This document shows, one piece after another, positions 60,020 through 64,000 of a DNA stretch of 64,000 bases; position 1 is the first letter of the stretch, and each line of letters starts with the position of its first letter. Source of the stretch: Atribacterota bacterium (lineage in GTDB: Bacteria; Atribacterota; Phoenicimicrobiia; Phoenicimicrobiales; Stramentimicrobiaceae); NCBI GenBank assembly GCA_040767965.1, contig JAXGNR010000006.1, forward strand, positions 64,001 through 128,000, written 5' to 3'. The notes under the pieces are model-generated. The model was not told the DNA's origin. It worked only from the letters and a program-made list of their open reading frames with translations, and searched no databases. The position numbers and the translations under genes are program-made.

Positions 60020-61339
60020 TTATTTTGAATTGACTGACAGAACATCGTCTTCAAAAACAGGCATATAACTAATTTCTTTTACATTATTATCTTGTTTGGA
60101 TAATTTTTCCAGTATCTTCTTTAGATTTTCTTCTTCAGAATAATTAATTAAAAATCCTAAATTAGAAGTGTTGTTTTCAGATACTTTTTGAGTAAATTCA
60201 TTGACTGGTAATCCGTTTTCTATTAAAAATTCTTTATAATCTTTTTGGTTTATGCCTTCTAATTGCAGTCTGATAAAATATTTGTATTTTACTTGTTTAA
60301 ATTTATTAATTTGTAATTTCTGATACTTTTGTAAAAGATAGCTGTATTCAAAATAATCAGGATTTCTGGTAATCCTGATTATATCGCTGACCACCATGCT
60401 TCCTCCAGCTATACTACCGGCTCCTGCTCCAGAGAAAAATAAATTCCCATAACTTTTACCATACAATAGAATTCCATTATCAGCTCCGTATATTTTTGAA
60501 AAAATATGATGCTGATCTATTAATTGTGGGCGAACGCTAATTTCCACTTCGTTTTTACTTTTTTGAGATGTTGCTAAAAGCTTTATTTTATAACCAAAAT
60601 CTCTGGCTAATTGCATATCTGCGTGTTTCACTTTATCAATCCCTAAAGGATTAATTAATGAAAGATCTAAGCGGGTTCTGAATCCCAGTGATGATAAAAT
60701 AAATATTTTATAGAGTGAATCAAATCCCATTACATCCTTGAAAGGATCAGCCTCAGCATAACCCATTTCTTGAGCTTTTTTTAAAGCATCCTCTTGAGAA
60801 ATGTTTTCTTCAAACATTAAATCTAATATATAATTAGTCGTACCATTTAGTATTCCGGTTATGCTCTCCAGTGGACAAGAAGTCAACATATTAGATAAAG
60901 TACCCAGTATGGGAATAGCACTGGCAACTGATGTTTCAAACAAAAATAGAACTTTATTTTCAGATGCTATTTCCAACAATTCATACCCGTGCTTAGCTAT
61001 CAGTTCTTTATTTGGTGTAACTACATGTTTCCCTGATTGTAACGCTTTCTTTATAAAATTATAGGCCGGATATTCTCCTCCAATAGTTTCGATAATAATA
61101 TCTATCTCCGGATGTTCAATTACCTCCTGTGCTGAACTGGTAAAAAAAGGTTGGTAAATTTTTGATTCTGGTTTCCTGGTTATATCCAGATCTGCTAAAC
61201 CAACAACCTTTAATTTTATTGGTGTTATTTCCTTTTCAATAAATTCATAATTTTCTTCCAAAATTTTATAAGCACCGCCGCCAATATTTCCTAAACCTAA
61301 GATACCTATTCCTATTTCTTTTTTTTGCATTATAAACAT
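60020..61339 (-). CDS. hom: Homoserine dehydrogenase
   Basis: GLGNIGG, HVVTPNK, GILNGTTNY, GYAEADP, GAGAG. Confidence 0.93.
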   Translation of the reverse strand: MFIMQKKEIGIGILGLGNIGGGAYKILEENYEFIEKEITPIKLKVVGLADLDITRKPESKIYQPFFTSSAQEVIEHPEIDIIIETIGGEYPAYNFIKKALQSGKHVVTPNKELIAKHGYELLEIASENKVLFLFETSVASAIPILGTLSNMLTSCPLESITGILNGTTNYILDLMFEENISQEDALKKAQEMGYAEADPFKDVMGFDSLYKIFILSSLGFRTRLDLSLINPLGIDKVKHADMQLARDFGYKIKLLATSQKSKNEVEISVRPQLIDQHHIFSKIYGADNGILLYGKSYGNLFFSGAGAGSIAGGSMVVSDIIRITRNPDYFEYSYLLQKYQKLQINKFKQVKYKYFIRLQLEGINQKDYKEFLIENGLPVNEFTQKVSENNTSNLGFLINYSEEENLKKILEKLSKQDNNVKEISYMPVFEDDVLSVNSK

Positions 61340-61382
61340 CCTTTTTTATTATTCTTTTTATTAGTTTTATTTGTTTGTAATT

Positions 61383-61592
61383 AAAAAAAGTCTTTCATCT
61401 CTTTAAAGACGAAAGACTTTTTCGCGGTTCCACTTTATTTTTTAAACAATAACAATATAGAAAAATAGAATATTATCAATTATATTTTTATTATTTAAAC
61501 AACTCTTTATTTGAACAAATACCTCAGGGCTGGTCTTGGGATATTTAGTATAAAACGATCAACTAAAATCCTACTCTTCCCTTCATAGGTAC
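61383..61592 (-). ncRNA. T-box riboswitch (Thr specifier ACC) with terminator
   Basis: T-box AATAAAGTGGAACCGCG (61423-39), antiterminator/terminator 61383-61422, stem I at 61520-61592 with GA motif, AGUA and specifier ACC (61532-34). Confidence 0.88.
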
Positions 61593-61682
61593 ATTAAATC
61601 AATAAATTTTCTGTAATTCTATCATTGAGATTTTGTTTTGTCAAAATATATTTTAGGCAAATAGTATAGTGTATTTCAAGTA

Positions 61683-63560
61683 TCATTCAATCCATTCCAG
61701 ATCCAGCTCTGCCAGCTTGGCTTTGGTTGGAACTCCATTTTCATCCCAGCCCTGCATGGCATAGTAGGTTTGAAGGGCCTGGTTGAATTCTTCTTTATCA
61801 ATGGCCTTGTCTTTTAAAGGACCGCTGGTAAAGGCCTTGAAGATACGATCCGGTAATTTATCATCTTCTTTGGTGAATCCTTCTCTGTTGTTGAAGCAGC
61901 GGGCCATAGTCTGAGATTTTTCACCAATCTTGATCAGTTCAAATAAGCTGGTATTCCAGCCGGTTACTGCTTCTACCAAAGAAACCAGGTTTTTAAGGCT
62001 CAAAGCTCCACTTGGTGCACCGGTAAACATACATAAACAAATACAGTTGTACAGACTCCAGAGCCTCTCAGTATAAGTATTAAATCTTACTTTTTGATTA
62101 CTTAGATCCAGAGGATTAACTGGTTCCAGTAATCCTAAAGGCATCACAGATTCCAGAGGATATCCGTAATCAGCAAACATCGGATCATGAGGCATTTCCA
62201 TATGATCTGCTCCGGTTGGAGAGATGGCATACTGTAATCCTACGTTGACCTTTCCTCTTGGTTCATGCATGGGAAATTCCTGTCCCTTGACATGCATGGC
62301 ATACTGTTCTGCCCCTTTGCCGAATTCCTGGGCAGCTTTGGCTACGCCTTTGGCTAAGGTGGCTCCTATTCCATCTAAGTTGTAGATCTTTTCGATCATC
62401 TCTAACATGGCATCAGCATTGCCGAATTTCAGCTGGATGCCGTCGGTGTCTTTTTCGGTGATGATGCCTTCTTCGAAGCATTCCATGGCAAAGGCGATGG
62501 TGGTGCCGGTGGAGATGGTATCAAGTCCGTATTTGTTGCACAGCTCATTACCTTTGGCAATGGCCTCAAGATCATCTATGCCCAAGAGAGAACCCAGGGA
62601 ACCGATGGTCTCATATTCAGGTCCTCCGTAATAGGGATCCACATCATAGCGTCCTTCCACTTTGACTTCTCTTTTGCAGCGGACCGGACAGGCATAGCAG
62701 TGGCCGCGGCGGACTAAGATGGTCTCAGCCATGGTAGGTCCCGAGATGGCAGAGGCACCTTCAAACTGGCCTTCCCGGAAGTTGCGGGTAGGCAGGATAC
62801 CGGCTGCGTTTAAGGATTCTACTCCTCTGGCGGTACCGTAATCGTGCATGCCCTGGGAGACTTGTTTCCAGTTGAGGGCAAACTCCTTGGTAATCTCTTT
62901 GATCTTGTCTGCATCATGGTAGGGGTTCTTGCCTGAGGCGCGTACAGCAATGGCCCGCAGTTTCTTGGAGCCCATGACTGCTCCCAGGCCTACTCGGCCG
63001 TTGTAATGTTTGGATTCATTGCTGATGCATGCATAGTTGATCAGCTTTTCTCCGGCCGGGCCGATCTGGGCTATTCTGATCTTATCATCTCCCAATTCTT
63101 CACGGATCATACGCTCGGCCTCTCCGGTGGTCTTGCCGGTTAAGGATGCGGCATCACGTAACTCTATCTTGTCATCCTTGATCCACAGGTAGACGGGCTT
63201 GGGGGAGATGCCTTTGATGATGATGGCATCATAGCCGGCCCATTTGAACTCAGGGGCCCACCAGCCTCCGGCTTCTGCTTCTCCGAAGCCTCCGGTTAGA
63301 GGGGATTTGGCTGCTACGGTGTAGCGGCTGGCTCCCGGGACGGTGGTACCGGTAATGGGACTGCAGGCAAAGACTAAGATGTTCTCAGGGCCTAAGGGAT
63401 CTACGCCCTTGGGCATCTCTGAAAGTAAGAAGTAACTGGCCAGGGCGCTTCCTCCCAGGTACTTGCGGTAGATGAGCTCTGGTAAGACTTCTGTTTTGAT
63501 TTCACCTTTGGAGAGGTCTACTCTGATGATCTTACCATTATAGGGTTTCTTTTCTGACAT
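61683..63560 (-). CDS. Aldehyde:ferredoxin oxidoreductase (W/Mo) family
   Basis: KSPLTG, IGPAGE, GLGAVMGSK, CYACPVRC, PEYET, DTIS, C.CMF; RBS AAAGGAGG before ATG 63560. Confidence 0.93.
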   Translation of the reverse strand: MSEKKPYNGKIIRVDLSKGEIKTEVLPELIYRKYLGGSALASYFLLSEMPKGVDPLGPENILVFACSPITGTTVPGASRYTVAAKSPLTGGFGEAEAGGWWAPEFKWAGYDAIIIKGISPKPVYLWIKDDKIELRDAASLTGKTTGEAERMIREELGDDKIRIAQIGPAGEKLINYACISNESKHYNGRVGLGAVMGSKKLRAIAVRASGKNPYHDADKIKEITKEFALNWKQVSQGMHDYGTARGVESLNAAGILPTRNFREGQFEGASAISGPTMAETILVRRGHCYACPVRCKREVKVEGRYDVDPYYGGPEYETIGSLGSLLGIDDLEAIAKGNELCNKYGLDTISTGTTIAFAMECFEEGIITEKDTDGIQLKFGNADAMLEMIEKIYNLDGIGATLAKGVAKAAQEFGKGAEQYAMHVKGQEFPMHEPRGKVNVGLQYAISPTGADHMEMPHDPMFADYGYPLESVMPLGLLEPVNPLDLSNQKVRFNTYTERLWSLYNCICLCMFTGAPSGALSLKNLVSLVEAVTGWNTSLFELIKIGEKSQTMARCFNNREGFTKEDDKLPDRIFKAFTSGPLKDKAIDKEEFNQALQTYYAMQGWDENGVPTKAKLAELDLEWIE

Positions 63561-64000
63561 AATATATGCCTCCTTTAAATTAGAACTAGGTGTTTTTTTA
63601 ATTTGTCTTAGACTTTTTATACATAATTTTTTCATTTGTTTATCTTTTAATTTTTATAAACAATTATTCATAATAATAAAAAGTATTAATTTATTGTTTA
63701 TTGTTGATTAAATAAAACTCATCTAATGTGGGATTTGATTAGCAATTGCTATTATATATATTTATTCTATTTTTAATAATTCAGCAAAAAAATAAAAAAG
63801 CAGAATTTCAACATAAACATTTTTAAATATTTTCTTATTTTTATTAGAAAAATGTCATTATTAGAATACATTATTCATTTTTAATTTTGCACTAAAATAT
63901 TAAAAATAGAATGTTGTTAAATAAACAATAATTTCATATTTTTCATTAACACACTAAGTTAAATTAATAACACTTTTCTATTTTTTTGTCAAATCAGACA

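Noticed and set aside
63640-64000. Rex or other operator upstream of the AOR gene
   Set aside because: The region is extremely AT-rich and matches are too degenerate to support.

Overview
AT-rich bacterial chromosome segment from a probable anaerobe. T-box and lysine riboswitches plus the gene content suggest an Atribacterota- or Firmicutes-like organism (inference only). From left to right: a GlgE-pathway alpha-glucan cluster (DUF5752-like, glgE, treS-mak, glgB, GH57, a vestigial treY start, malQ); a frameshifted minimal Fe-S system (sufC/sufBD, SMS type); a decayed ISLre2-like element followed by an unannotated promoter-sRNA-terminator unit; a perR-DPSL-desulfoferrodoxin-esterase operon; transport genes (mscS, corA, ktrAB) with an IS481-like insertion; fur-feoA-feoB (feoB broken); a Fur-DUF5320-2xNifX-Mrp-DUF89 cluster; a lysine-riboswitch NhaC transporter next to an ArcE/cDPGS-like enzyme; a LarA-like sugar-acid operon; PEPCK; htpX; a TTT transporter; a T-box-controlled threonine operon with a ThrB-LysC fusion; and a GC-rich AOR gene. 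The most notable items are the anti-SD sRNA/16-aa antisense ORF locus, the minimal ultrashort-stem-I Thr T-box, the ThrB-LysC fusion with an internal beta-subunit start, the Fur-box DUF5320/NifX/Mrp module, and lesions concentrated in iron genes. All calls come from reading motifs by eye; no searches were run.
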